Assembly: GCA_000004985.1 (NCBI GenBank)
Contig: GG738846.1
Strand: one strand, 5' to 3'
Origin: Naegleria gruberi
Lineage: Eukaryota
DNA length: 64,000 bases
Made by a program: the position numbers and the translations under genes. Positions 46,755-58,100 of the stretch are shown piece by piece. The notes under the pieces are model-generated. The model made no database searches. It was given only the letters and a program-made list of their open reading frames with translations, and had not been told where the DNA came from. Every line of letters begins with the position of its first letter. Position 1 is the stretch's first letter.

Positions 46755-49700
46755 ATGAACAGGACGGTTAATATTGTTCTCCTTTCCATAGTTTCCGTTC
46801 TAGCCTTATTCTTCCTTTCTGGAGGTGTAAGTGCTGGTTCTGGTATTTACGAAGCAGCATGTAACACTACTGCTGACTGTGTTTCCACATTAGCTTGTGA
46901 TACTAATACATCCCTCTGTATTTGCGATACTGGTTTGGTTAGATATAATGATTCTCTCTGTGTTCCAGCCTGTACTTCTGATGCCAACTGTACTAATGGT
47001 GGTGTCTGTGATTTAACTTCTGGTACTTGTAATTGTACTGCCAATTATGATGGACCAACTTGTACTGATTCTCTAATTGTTCAAGGTAACAATAGTTCTG
47101 ATAGTAGTAACAATGCTACTGACCCATCAAGTCCTTCTGCTAATAATACTGACTCGTCTAATAGTACAGATCCATCAACTCCAAGTGGTAATAACAGTAC
47201 TAACAATGAAACTAATCCATCAACTCCAGGTGGTAATAACAATACTAGTAATGGTACAACTGATCCAACTAATCCATCTTCCAATAATACCGATCCATCA
47301 ACTCCAGGTGGTAACAATAGCACTAACAATGGTACAACTGATCCATCAACTCCAGGTGGTAATAACAGTACTGGTAATAATACCAATCCATCAACTCCAG
47401 GTGGTAATAACAATACTAGTAATGGTACAACTGATCCAACAAATCCAACCAGTAACAACACTAATCCATCTTCCAACAATACCGATCCATCAACTCCAGG
47501 TGGTAATAACAGTACTGGCAATAATACAGATCCATCAACTCCAGGTGGTAATAACAATACTAGTAATGGTACAGCTGATCCAACAAATCCAACCAGTAAC
47601 AACACTAATCCATCAACTCCAGGTGGTAACAATAGCACTAACAATGGTACAACTGATCCAACAAATCCAACAAGTAACAACACTAATCCATCTTCCAATA
47701 ATACTAATCCATCAACTCCAGGTGGTAATAACAGTACTGGTAATAATACCGATCCATCGACTCCAGGTGGTAATAACAATACTAGTAATGGTACAGCTGA
47801 TCCAACAAATCCATCTTCCAATAATACTAATCCATCAACTCCAGGTGGTAATAACAGTACTGGCAATAATACCGATCCATCGACTCCAGGTGGCAACAAT
47901 AGCACTAGCAATGGTACAGTTACTGATAAGTGTACTGATATCAATTGTGTACACGGTTCATGCATTGATGGTGCCTGTCAATGTGAAACTGGTTATACAG
48001 GTTCTCTCTGTGATCAAGCTATTACATCTAACAATACTGATAAGTGTGCTGATATCAATTGTGTCCACGGTTCATGCAGTGAAGGTGTCTGTCAATGTGA
48101 AACTGGTTATACAGGTTCTCTCTGTGATCAAGCTGTTACATCTAACAATACTGATAAGTGTGCTGATATCAATTGTGTCCACGGTTCATGCATTGATGGT
48201 GTCTGTCAATGTGAAACTGGTTATACTGGTTCTCTCTGTGATCAAGCTGTTACATCTAACAATACTGATAAGTGTGCTGATATTAATTGTGTACACGGTT
48301 CATGCATTGATGGTGTCTGTCAATGTGAAACTGGTTATACTGGTACTCTCTGTGATCAAGCTGTTGATCCATGTACCAACATTAAGTGTGGCAGCCATGG
48401 TTCCTGCTCAAAGGGTGTCTGTGTTTGTACTGACGGATACACTGGTTCGAACTGTGAAACTGCTCCAATTACTTGTAATGGTAAGAGTGAAGCTGAAGGT
48501 GGCTGTTCATTCCATGGTACATGTAGCGCCACTGATAAGTGTATTTGTAATGGTAACTTTGACTCTGCCTCTTTCTGTTCAAAGTGTAAGACTGGTTATA
48601 CAGGTTCTGACTGTTCTATTCCAGTTTGTTTCAATGTTCCTTCTACTTCTAGCAGTGTTTGTTCTGGAAAGGGGTCTTGCACAGCTCCTGATTCTTGTGT
48701 ATGTGCTTCTGGTTACTCTGGAAAGACGTGTTCTTCCTTCTCTTGTTGGGGTATTGATAAGTCCAACAGCACTGTATGTGGTGGTAGCTCTAAGGGTACT
48801 TGTGTTGGTCCAAATAAGTGTTCTTGTGTTTCCAACTGGAACAATCTTGAAAATACCTGTGTATCCTGCAGTCCTGCATACACTGGTGAGACTTGTACTC
48901 AAGCTACTTGTTCTGCCAATACAACTTGTAGTTCCCATGGTTCATGCGATGAAAAATTCAAGTGTGTCTGTTCTGGAAACTGGGATGGTGAATTCTGTAA
49001 TGTTTGTAAGGCTGGTTTTGTAGGTGATAACTGTGATATTGCTTGTTCTGCCTCTACTTGTAATGGTAATGGTGTTTGTACCAAGACTGGAGCTTGTTTA
49101 TGTGTTGGTCACTATGATTCTGCCCAAAAGTGTGCTGCTGGTAAATGTGCTGATGGTTTCCAAGGTAGCGCTTGTGACTATAAGGTAGACAGTTCCTCTT
49201 TCGCTTTTAACCAATTTGGTGATAGAATTATTGCCACTGTTTACACTAGTATGAAGAAATCTGTTAACTGTTCTCAAGTTTTCACATCAGTTGCTACCCT
49301 TGGTGCCGGTGTTCAATGTAACATGGACGGTGTCAGTAAGCTCGAAGTTGTTTTGGGGGCTGGTGCTACTGTAAAGCTTGGTGATTCATTGCAAGTTTAT
49401 ACACTCCTTGGTGATGTTTCTAATACTGTTTCCGTAACTGTTAAGGTTGGTAGCTTTGTTGCTGTCGCACCAACTGCTTATTTGACAACCGATAAGGCTG
49501 TTGTTTCCACTTGTGATACTGTCACTTTGAATGCATTTGACTCTGTTTCTACTGATCGTCGTCCATTGAACTTTGCTTGGACTTGCACTGCTGCTCCAAC
49601 TGCTGATGCCCAGACTACATTGAATAATGCTCTCAAGGTTACCTCAAGTGGTGTTAGACTTAACTTGGTTTCTCTTGGTCTTGTTGCTGGTACTTACACT

Positions 49701-52049
49701 GTTCAAGTCACTGTTACTTCATCATTCAGTGCCTCATCATCATCAAAGAGTGTCTCATTCACTGTAACTGCTAGTCCTGCCCCAGGTCTTTCTATTAAGG
49801 AAGGTTCAGTTGTTGAATATTTGATTGGTACTACTAGCATTATCACTCCAGTAATTTCCTTCCCAACATGTTACACGGGTAATGGTTCTGTTGCTTATTC
49901 ATTCGCTTATATCAACTCTATTGCCACTCCAACCATTGTAACTAAGGATAACATGGTTGTTATTGCAAAGACTAGTACTGCCATCTCTACTGTCGGTGAC
50001 TATTACATTGTTGTTACTGCTGCTGCTAATGGAGCTTCTGAAGTTTCCACTACTGTTAGAATTAAGGCTGTTGCAAAGCCATTAACTGTTACATTCAGTG
50101 TTCCAGATATGACCCAATCTAAGGATGATGCTGTTGACTTCACTGTCAATATTGTTGATCCAAGCGATACTACTGGTACTTTGGCCATTACAAGCACTTG
50201 TGTTGATGCTGATGGTAACACATGTGTGGCCCCAGCTGCTACTGAATCTGCCTCATTCTCAAAGTCCTTACCTGCTGGTAAATATACATTCACTACAACA
50301 GGTACAAAGGATATCAGAACTACAACTGCCAAGTTGACTATCACTGTTGTTGATACTGCAAAAGATAAGATTATTAGAGTTTCCATCACATCCAATACTG
50401 ATTTGTCCACTGTTGATCCAACCAAGGACTTGTACTTGACTTATAACACTTTGGATGCCTTGTCTACATCCGCCAAATTTACCTGGACATGTGACTCTGG
50501 TGACAGCAGTACTTCCTCTCTTTTGACAGTTTCAAAGGCTAACATGGTTCCTGGTGCTACCTACACTGCTTCGTTGAATATTGTAGATGGTGTCAAGTCT
50601 GGTTCTGCTATTGTTTCATTCACTGTTAATGCTCCACCAACAAAGGGTATCTTTGAAGCTTATCCACTTTCTGGTGCTGCTTTGAGCGATTCTTTCGATC
50701 TCAAGTGTGGTAATGGTTGGTCTGATCCACAATCTCCATTGAAATTCCAATTCTTATACTTGGATGCTGCATCTAACAATTGGGTTTCACTCACCGAAAA
50801 GACTGAACAACAAAGCACAAAGGTTCAACTTCCTTCACCATCTTCTGGTGACTCTTTGAAGGTTAAGGCTATTGTTTTTGATGCATTGGGTGCTTCAACT
50901 GAATCCGAGCAACTTTCTATCTCAATTACCAAGCCAAGTACTGCTGATGCCACTAAAGCTTTGAGTGGTTTGGCAGAATCAAAGGGCACTATAACCTTGT
51001 CAGCTGCTTCCTCTGCCATGTCTGTCATTGGTACTGTTGATTTGACAACAGCTACTGCTGAACAAAAGACTCAAATTGCTACCGCTGCCGCCGCTATTGC
51101 TGATGCTTTCATTTCTCAACAAACCAAGACTGAAGCTGTTACCTCAGTTTCTGCTGCCTCTGCTGAAAATAGCTTGTCATTCACAGCCTCCCTTGCTAGC
51201 TCAGTTTCTAAGGGTCTCGTTAGTGATGCTACTACTTCAAAGGTTGTTAGCAATTTGGCTTCCACTACTACAAAGGTTGTTTCTGCATCTTCTGTCAGTC
51301 TCTCTGATTCAGTTCTCGATTCTACCAAGAAAACTGCTGACAACTTCTATGGTTACATTTCTGGTAAGGTTTCTGCTAGAGTTCCACCAGTTTCTTCTTT
51401 GAGAGCTTTCAGTAAGGTCGATCTTGACAATTTGAACAGTGTTTACTCTAGTGTTGCTTCTTTGAAGACTAAGGATGCCGTTCCTGATGCTCCAGCTGCA
51501 ACCGTCACCTCAAACGGATTGACCACAGTTTCTCGTAAGGTCAATCTTGCTACTTTGGCCTCTGAATCTCAAGTTGTTTCTGGTAAGAATAAGATCACCT
51601 TCAAGAGTGCCATTGCTGCTAACTCTGCTTTGGCTAGTTTGAAGTCTGTCACTTATGCTGTAAAGACCACCACTTCCACTGTTACATCTGCTGCCTCAAA
51701 GTCTATCGATTTCTCCATTTCTAATGGTGCTTCTCCAGTTGCTGTTTCTGATTCTGCTGCTATTGCCGATTTGGTCTTTGAACTTTCTGCCAAGAGATCT
51801 GTTGCTGCTACTACTTACACATGTAACAAGATTACTAATGGAGTTGCTGCTGCTGATTCAACTTGTACTATTGTTGTTGGTACTGATGGTACTGTAACTG
51901 CTAGTGTCAAGAGCACTGGTGTCTATGTTTTAACTGCTTCCACCCCAGTTACTCCTGCTGCCACCAAGAGTGCTAAGGTCAATGCTGCTCCATCAATGGG
52001 CTTCTCTGCTTTGGTTGCCTTGATCGCTGCTGTTGTTGCTGCTTTGTAA
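46755..52049 (+). CDS. GPI-anchored cell-surface glycoprotein: signal peptide, Cys-rich N-terminus, mucin-like PSTPGGNN(S/N)T repeats, about 20 EGF/tenascin-type Cys repeats, a long Ser/Thr/Ala/Val-rich stalk and a C-terminal GPI signal; 1764 aa, single exon.
   Basis: MNRTVNIVLLSIVSVLALFFLSGGVSA. Repeats of TDPSTPGGNNSTNNGT with dense N-glycosylation sequons. Four repeats of CxDINCVHGSCIDGxCQCETGYTGSLC, followed by further CxCxxGYxGxxC units. The C-terminus ...NAAPSMGFSALVALIAAVVAAL has an omega-site-like small residue followed by a hydrophobic tail. Confidence 0.7.
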   Translation: MNRTVNIVLLSIVSVLALFFLSGGVSAGSGIYEAACNTTADCVSTLACDTNTSLCICDTGLVRYNDSLCVPACTSDANCTNGGVCDLTSGTCNCTANYDGPTCTDSLIVQGNNSSDSSNNATDPSSPSANNTDSSNSTDPSTPSGNNSTNNETNPSTPGGNNNTSNGTTDPTNPSSNNTDPSTPGGNNSTNNGTTDPSTPGGNNSTGNNTNPSTPGGNNNTSNGTTDPTNPTSNNTNPSSNNTDPSTPGGNNSTGNNTDPSTPGGNNNTSNGTADPTNPTSNNTNPSTPGGNNSTNNGTTDPTNPTSNNTNPSSNNTNPSTPGGNNSTGNNTDPSTPGGNNNTSNGTADPTNPSSNNTNPSTPGGNNSTGNNTDPSTPGGNNSTSNGTVTDKCTDINCVHGSCIDGACQCETGYTGSLCDQAITSNNTDKCADINCVHGSCSEGVCQCETGYTGSLCDQAVTSNNTDKCADINCVHGSCIDGVCQCETGYTGSLCDQAVTSNNTDKCADINCVHGSCIDGVCQCETGYTGTLCDQAVDPCTNIKCGSHGSCSKGVCVCTDGYTGSNCETAPITCNGKSEAEGGCSFHGTCSATDKCICNGNFDSASFCSKCKTGYTGSDCSIPVCFNVPSTSSSVCSGKGSCTAPDSCVCASGYSGKTCSSFSCWGIDKSNSTVCGGSSKGTCVGPNKCSCVSNWNNLENTCVSCSPAYTGETCTQATCSANTTCSSHGSCDEKFKCVCSGNWDGEFCNVCKAGFVGDNCDIACSASTCNGNGVCTKTGACLCVGHYDSAQKCAAGKCADGFQGSACDYKVDSSSFAFNQFGDRIIATVYTSMKKSVNCSQVFTSVATLGAGVQCNMDGVSKLEVVLGAGATVKLGDSLQVYTLLGDVSNTVSVTVKVGSFVAVAPTAYLTTDKAVVSTCDTVTLNAFDSVSTDRRPLNFAWTCTAAPTADAQTTLNNALKVTSSGVRLNLVSLGLVAGTYTVQVTVTSSFSASSSSKSVSFTVTASPAPGLSIKEGSVVEYLIGTTSIITPVISFPTCYTGNGSVAYSFAYINSIATPTIVTKDNMVVIAKTSTAISTVGDYYIVVTAAANGASEVSTTVRIKAVAKPLTVTFSVPDMTQSKDDAVDFTVNIVDPSDTTGTLAITSTCVDADGNTCVAPAATESASFSKSLPAGKYTFTTTGTKDIRTTTAKLTITVVDTAKDKIIRVSITSNTDLSTVDPTKDLYLTYNTLDALSTSAKFTWTCDSGDSSTSSLLTVSKANMVPGATYTASLNIVDGVKSGSAIVSFTVNAPPTKGIFEAYPLSGAALSDSFDLKCGNGWSDPQSPLKFQFLYLDAASNNWVSLTEKTEQQSTKVQLPSPSSGDSLKVKAIVFDALGASTESEQLSISITKPSTADATKALSGLAESKGTITLSAASSAMSVIGTVDLTTATAEQKTQIATAAAAIADAFISQQTKTEAVTSVSAASAENSLSFTASLASSVSKGLVSDATTSKVVSNLASTTTKVVSASSVSLSDSVLDSTKKTADNFYGYISGKVSARVPPVSSLRAFSKVDLDNLNSVYSSVASLKTKDAVPDAPAATVTSNGLTTVSRKVNLATLASESQVVSGKNKITFKSAIAANSALASLKSVTYAVKTTTSTVTSAASKSIDFSISNGASPVAVSDSAAIADLVFELSAKRSVAATTYTCNKITNGVAAADSTCTIVVGTDGTVTASVKSTGVYVLTASTPVTPAATKSAKVNAAPSMGFSALVALIAAVVAAL
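47095..47925 (+). repeat. Imperfect in-frame tandem repeats (48-nt and 30-nt units) encoding the mucin-like domain
   Basis: Recurrent ccatcaactccaggtggtaataacagtactggtaataatac[c/a]gatcc units with synonymous and Ser/Asn variation. They generate the spurious overlapping ORFs 47077..49023 (+) and 47081..47965 (-). Confidence 0.85.
47923..48378 (+). repeat. Four near-identical 114-bp tandem repeats, each encoding one 38-aa EGF-like unit
   Basis: The unit actgataagtgt[a/g]ctgatatcaattgtgt[a/c]cacggttcatgc...tctctgtgatcaagct[a/g]ttacatctaacaat is repeated four times, with only a few substitutions between copies. Confidence 0.85.
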
Positions 52050-52152
52050 ATGAACAAATAAACTTTTAAACTAATTAAAAAGAGTGATTGTTACAAATTG
52101 GCAAGGCTCAGAAATAAAAGGCAATGTGAGGAAATTGACAATTTAAATTTAC

Positions 52153-55100
52153 TTAAATCCAATTTTTCTTTGCATCCCGAGTCCAAATTTGTAGCAATTC
52201 GGTGGATCTGAATATTCTTAACAAGTTTACAAACATGGTTTCTTCCATTGCCAAATCCTTATCCTCTCTTGCCTTGTAAATATCTTGACAATAACATAAA
52301 ATCAAATCTACATTGTCCAAATCTTCAAATGTAATTCTTCCAACAAGATTACTGCTGTATAAACGAACAAACTGAGCTACAGCCAACACAAAAGATGTAT
52401 AGAAGGTAATAATACCAAAACTACTGATGGCAGAAATGACAGAATCAGCTGCTACAATATTAGTACTCTGAATAAAAAAGAAAGGACCTCCAGTTATGCT
52501 CTTCAAATTACCACTCTTTTCCAAGGGATAGAACTTTGTTGGTTGTGTACATGACATGAACCAAGAGACAAATCCTGGTGGATTATGCACAAGTTCAGTC
52601 CTCGACGAGTTGTAAACATTTGTTACAGTGAGAGAACAATTTGGCAAGTATCGACTTTCCATAACTGTGGCAGTAGCAAGCGCCGAGTACTTGTTCATCA
52701 TGTATGGATTGTAAGAGAGTGGAATATCAATGCTCTCTTTCAAATTTTCAGAATTGACTTTGGAAACATTATAATTAATCATTTGAGCCAATTGTTTTCG
52801 TTTCCAAGCATTCAATACAATACTTTGCCGAGTTTCCAATTCCAATTGAGTGGATGGACCACTTCTTTTCACAAGTAAACTCATTGTCAAGTTGAGTGCA
52901 AGTGTCTCATTGGCCAATGCTTCCACCATACTCATTCTACTTGGTGTTGAAATGAGCCAATACCTTTCTGAATATGGAGCAAGTGTAAAGTTTTGAATCC
53001 AAAAAGTAGGATCATAATTAGGGAATAATTTCAATCCATTTCCGTCATAGAAATCAACAAAGGTTTCCAAACTCTTTTCTGGATTAACTTTGAAATATTC
53101 ATTCTGATAGAATGGCTCAAAACCTTCAATTCCAATTGAAAATTGAATACTATTCACAGTGTTATAACTGAGAGCAGGATTGGCAGTTGAATAGAACAAT
53201 AATGGAAAGAAGATAATCATGGCAAAGACAATAAATAGCAAAAGACCACTTGTTGCCTTTGTAGTAAGGAAAATACGATTACCAAATCCTTTACCTTGTA
53301 AAATCTTATACTCCAAGTCGCATTTTCTCTTATAAAGTTGACTATAGACATCTTCCAATTTCAAATATTCATAAAAAGTCAATGTAGTATCAATAAATGT
53401 CCAATCCAACAAGGTCTTCAATTCAAATACGAATGGAATTGCTCTGTAAACTAAATAGACGTATTGAGCAATGTAATAGTAAGACTTGGTAAAGAATTGA
53501 GTATATCTTCTCTTTGGATAGCCAGTTCTGATTTGTAAACATCCCAAAAAGAGATAAACACACTTGATAAAGAATAAAATCTTGAGGAGTACCAAACCAA
53601 TAGTATTCTGATTTCTGGAAACTTCAACAAAGAAGGCAATGTAAACAATATGATAAATTAATACAACTAAAAAGTGGAATATCAACTTGCCAGTTGCAGT
53701 GGCAAACAAGTACAATACACGTTCAATACAAATTTCAATAAAGAATAGGAAGAGAATAATGACAAATGTTCCAGAGAGCTCATTAGATTTGATTGCTCCC
53801 AATGTTTCATCGGCAGCTCTACCACTCATACTAGAGAAACTAAAGAAGAAAAAGACAAATGCCAAAATTTCAACTGCAACAGTTACAACATAATAATCTA
53901 TACCAAGTTTGAATTGATCATTTGTTAAACCCTTAAAATGATTAATAAACTTGGATAGTCCTCTTCTGAAAATATTTGGCTTTTCACTGTTATCCTTTTT
54001 ACCTTTCTTATCTTCTTCTTGTTGAACATTGAATTTGACAGTCTTTTTGGACTCTTTCTTCTCCTCATTGTTTGTTGCATTGGATGGTCGAGGTGTTGCA
54101 GTCATGATATCATTGGTTACTAGCTCGACAGATGTTGCTGTGTTGGCTCTATTTCTTCCAGTAGTAGTAGTAGTATTGGTGAGAATTTGTGAATTGGATG
54201 GTAAAATCATTTGATCATCTCTTGGTTCAATGGTAGCATTTGTGGTTGTAATAATTGGATTATCTTGTTGTGTAGTGTTATTTTCTTGTTGATTGGCAGA
54301 GGCAAGTGCAGCTGCAGATAATCTCTTCTTTCTCGAATTGGTCTTCCATTCTCCACGATTTCTAGTAATTTCACGATGGAAAAAGATTGCAAGCATAATT
54401 AACAAGTACATGACAATATCAGCCAATAGAGCTGTACTTGGTTGCCATCCCAATAAGAAAATTGCTGGATCAGATTCAGTTGATTTGAGATTGTCAGGTA
54501 AACCAGATTGTACTAGATATAAAATATATTGAACACTAATCAATAGTTGAGCCAATATAAGCATGAGTTCCCAAAAGTATCTGTGAGGATATGGATATTG
54601 CATGGCTGCATATGTCAATGAAAAGAACGTAAAGGCCGTATTGAAATAAGTTGGAGCATAGAGTAAATTAACCAACATGGCAAAGTAACAAATGACATCC
54701 GTATTGCTGAAGAATAGTTTGGTAAGGGCTACGAGTAATTGTTTCAATTTCAATACAATTGGAACCCAATTGAATGGTTTCTTTTTCATATCGGGATGAA
54801 CTTTGGATTGTTCAAGTTTGAGTTGTAATAAATCATTCAACTCTTGTGTTGTAAATTCTTTTGATTTGAGATTTGGAATATCAGCTTGATCTTCCTTTTC
54901 CTCCTTTTCTTTTTCATCTTCTGTTAATTTAATTTCATCTTCAGGTTGTTGCTCCAATTCAACAAGTGTTTCAGTAGTGGTGGTAGTTTCATTCTTCTTC
55001 TTCCACTCCTCTTCCTTTTCTTCAATGTATTCATTGATGGCATCTGCAATAATTTCATCCAAATTAACTCTATATTTCTTCTTAATTTCCAATTCATCCA

Positions 55101-58100
55101 TCCAAGCAATTCCAATAAATATTTGAATACGATTAACAATCAAATCAGTTAACATGTAAGCGTAGTGACCAACATTGGCAAATACTACAGCAAGTAAACT
55201 CTTTGCTCTAAATAGGAGAGGTAACTTTGGAGTTGATTCCTCTTTCTTATTTTCTTGAGAACCTTCTTGAGCAATTTCTGGAGCAACTTGTTGAATGACC
55301 TTACTCAATGCCTCATTGACAGAGTCATTTCTAGCATGTTTGGATATAATATTCAATTGTTGTTCCAATTTTGAAGATGGTGCACCTAAAACATCGCCAA
55401 GAGCAACAATTCTATCATGTGGAACAATCTTGGAAAGGATATTCTTCATTACCTTTTGAACCTCCTCTTTAGAAATATTACTTGGAAGGAATTCTTGGTT
55501 TGGATCAGATGGAAGATCCAACTGACCACGCTCGAAATGCACAGGTCTTCTCTTTGCTGAATTATCAACTACTAGAGTGGAGCTCTTGTAATTTTGTAAA
55601 TTCTCCAAAGTTGAAACGACTTCTCTCATCTTTTTCTGGAATTTATGCTCTGCCTTCTTCAAGCACTTTTTCATTAATTGTTCTTCCTTATTCAGGTTAG
55701 AGACAATCTTTTTTCTAATCTTGGCTGATTCCTTATTCTCCAAATCCAATAAATCACTCATTGCAAGTGCTAAAATAGCGCGTTCTCTTTCAATCTTTTC
55801 TGAATTCTTGGCATATGCATTGACTACCTTTTCATATTCTTCTTTGAGCATGTGCTTTCTATTGTAGAAACTTTGGAAATCAGAATCCTTGTTCACTTCA
55901 TGGAAACTTCTGAGTGCTTGTCGGTTGGCATCTCTTCTCTTTTCTGAAAAGAGTCCCTCTGCAAACCTTGATAAAATTTGAGCAGCTCTATAAGCTTGAT
56001 TTCTTCTGTACTTGGTGGCCCGTTCTTGACTTTCTCTGTATAGTAAATTAATGAAATGAATGTAATCCTCACTTTCGAATAATAAAATTTGCAAGTAATA
56101 GAGGCAGACTACAATAATTTCGGTGGTAAAACTTTCAAGGCCTCTTGCTTTAAGACCAAATAGGAGGCAAACATTCTTTACCCAACCACTTGTATCATTT
56201 TCGTTACCCCAATTAATAGGATCTCCCAACAATACAATTGGAATTTGATAAATTGCATCAATTACAAATGTTAAATAATAAAAAATACCAATTCCTCTCC
56301 AGAATGGAACTGTTCTCCAATACAATCTATTAAACAAGTTCAAATAGAATAAACAGAGAATCATTTGACCTAATTTGATAACATTTGAATCGATGGCTGC
56401 ATCAATAAACATGACAATCAAGACTATAAAACAAAAGAATCTATAAACTATCAACTTGATCCAATTCCACAATTTCTTTTGTTGATCTGGTGTTGTAAAG
56501 TCTTTGATTTTTTGAATTTTTCCTGTTTCAATGTTACGTTTGATTAAACTGCTTGTATCCAAGTGGACAATAAGTGCATTATCTAATTTCTGGGTTCTGG
56601 AAAGGAAGGATGAAACAATTTCACCTCTCTCACGTTTTGGAAGTTTTTCAGGTTGAGAAACTTCAATATGTTGCAATCTTGCATACATTCCTTTGAAGAA
56701 TACTCGTGCCTGCAAGGCCATAAAGAACATCATCAAGTAGAGAATGACTACAATGTACGTATTGCTAATTACTCCTCCAGATGTAGAGGTCAAATTGAGA
56801 ATAATATACTTGCTAAATATTGGAATATTCATCATGGCTTCGTAAAATTGCATTGAACGAACTATTTGCAATCTAAAGAAGAAGAGAATTAACATGTTAA
56901 TTTCAACAACCATTACTAAAAAGATCCATCCTCTTCTCAAAATTGTACTATTCTTTCCAGTAAAGAAACAAACACCAAAAACAATCAAATAAATGAATCC
57001 CCACAATGTTTGAATCAATGAAAGTGATCCTAACAATAGAGTAAAGAGAGAAATTTCAAATCCATAATCATCATAAAAGTGATTACAATAATATTTGAAA
57101 GATGAGAATAGCTTTCGTAAAAACTTGATAATCTTTCTCTTGTAGAAGGATTTAAAGTTTTCTTCTTCAGTTAAATCAGTTGGATGATCTTCATCAAAGT
57201 TCATCTTTTCAAATTCCTCTCTACTGATATAGATGGTATTTCTATTTCTCGCCTTGGATTTTCTCTTGTCAGCTGATGATGAAGGTCTCAACTTTTGAGC
57301 AAAACTAGCCATTGGATCATTCTTGCTTTTAACATTAACTTCTGCCTCTATGAATAAACATCCCTCATCATAGAGACCTCTACTCTTCATGGATCTCTCC
57401 CAACGATAGGTAACCTTTTGGAGGAGAGATGCAACAAATACCAATAAACTAGACCACAATACATTTCCAATGTGATGTCCTTCTGTTGATCTAGCATCTT
57501 CAAGTCCAATATAACCCAACCAAGTACAAACACCAGTGGAACGACCAAAATTCTCAACTTGATGTTGAACAATTGCTCCCAATGCACTATCACACAAACC
57601 ATTTGTAAAGAATGGATGTTGATAAATATACTTGATTGTCATGATAAATCCACTGTAGAGAGCTATCAAGAACCAAATCTTACTAGCAATAACAGGTGCA
57701 GGAGCAAATACAAGAACTAAAACCAAATAAATCAGACCAATAATATTTGGATTAAAGTTGGAAGCCAAGAAGAGGAAAATAATCAACAATTTAGGAGTAT
57801 GCATAACACAGAAACGTTTCATGACCAAGAAGCATTCCAATAGGAGTGAATCTATTTGCTCACTGAATATAATTTGTTTCTCAATTTTCACATGAGATGA
57901 TTCTTGAATAGTTTCAACAATTTCGTCCATCAATGATGGTGTATGTTCATGAATGTGTGTTGGACCAGTAGTAGTAGTAGGTGGTTGTTGCTGTGGTTGA
58001 TTTGGAATAGTTTGTTCTTGTTCTTTCTTTCTAATTTCTTCTTGTTCCTGCACTGTCTTGATTCTTTGTCTTCTTCTGCCAATAACAAATTGGAAATATT

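Noticed and set aside
47077-49023. 648-aa plus-strand ORF (alternate frame), and the 294-aa minus-strand ORF 47081..47965, both overlapping the glycoprotein gene
   Set aside because: Both are translations of the tandem nucleotide repeats in non-coding frames, giving monotonous LLLPPGVDGSV or QLQVVITVL peptides. The frame starting at 46755 has a signal peptide, EGF modules and a GPI signal, and is clearly the real one.
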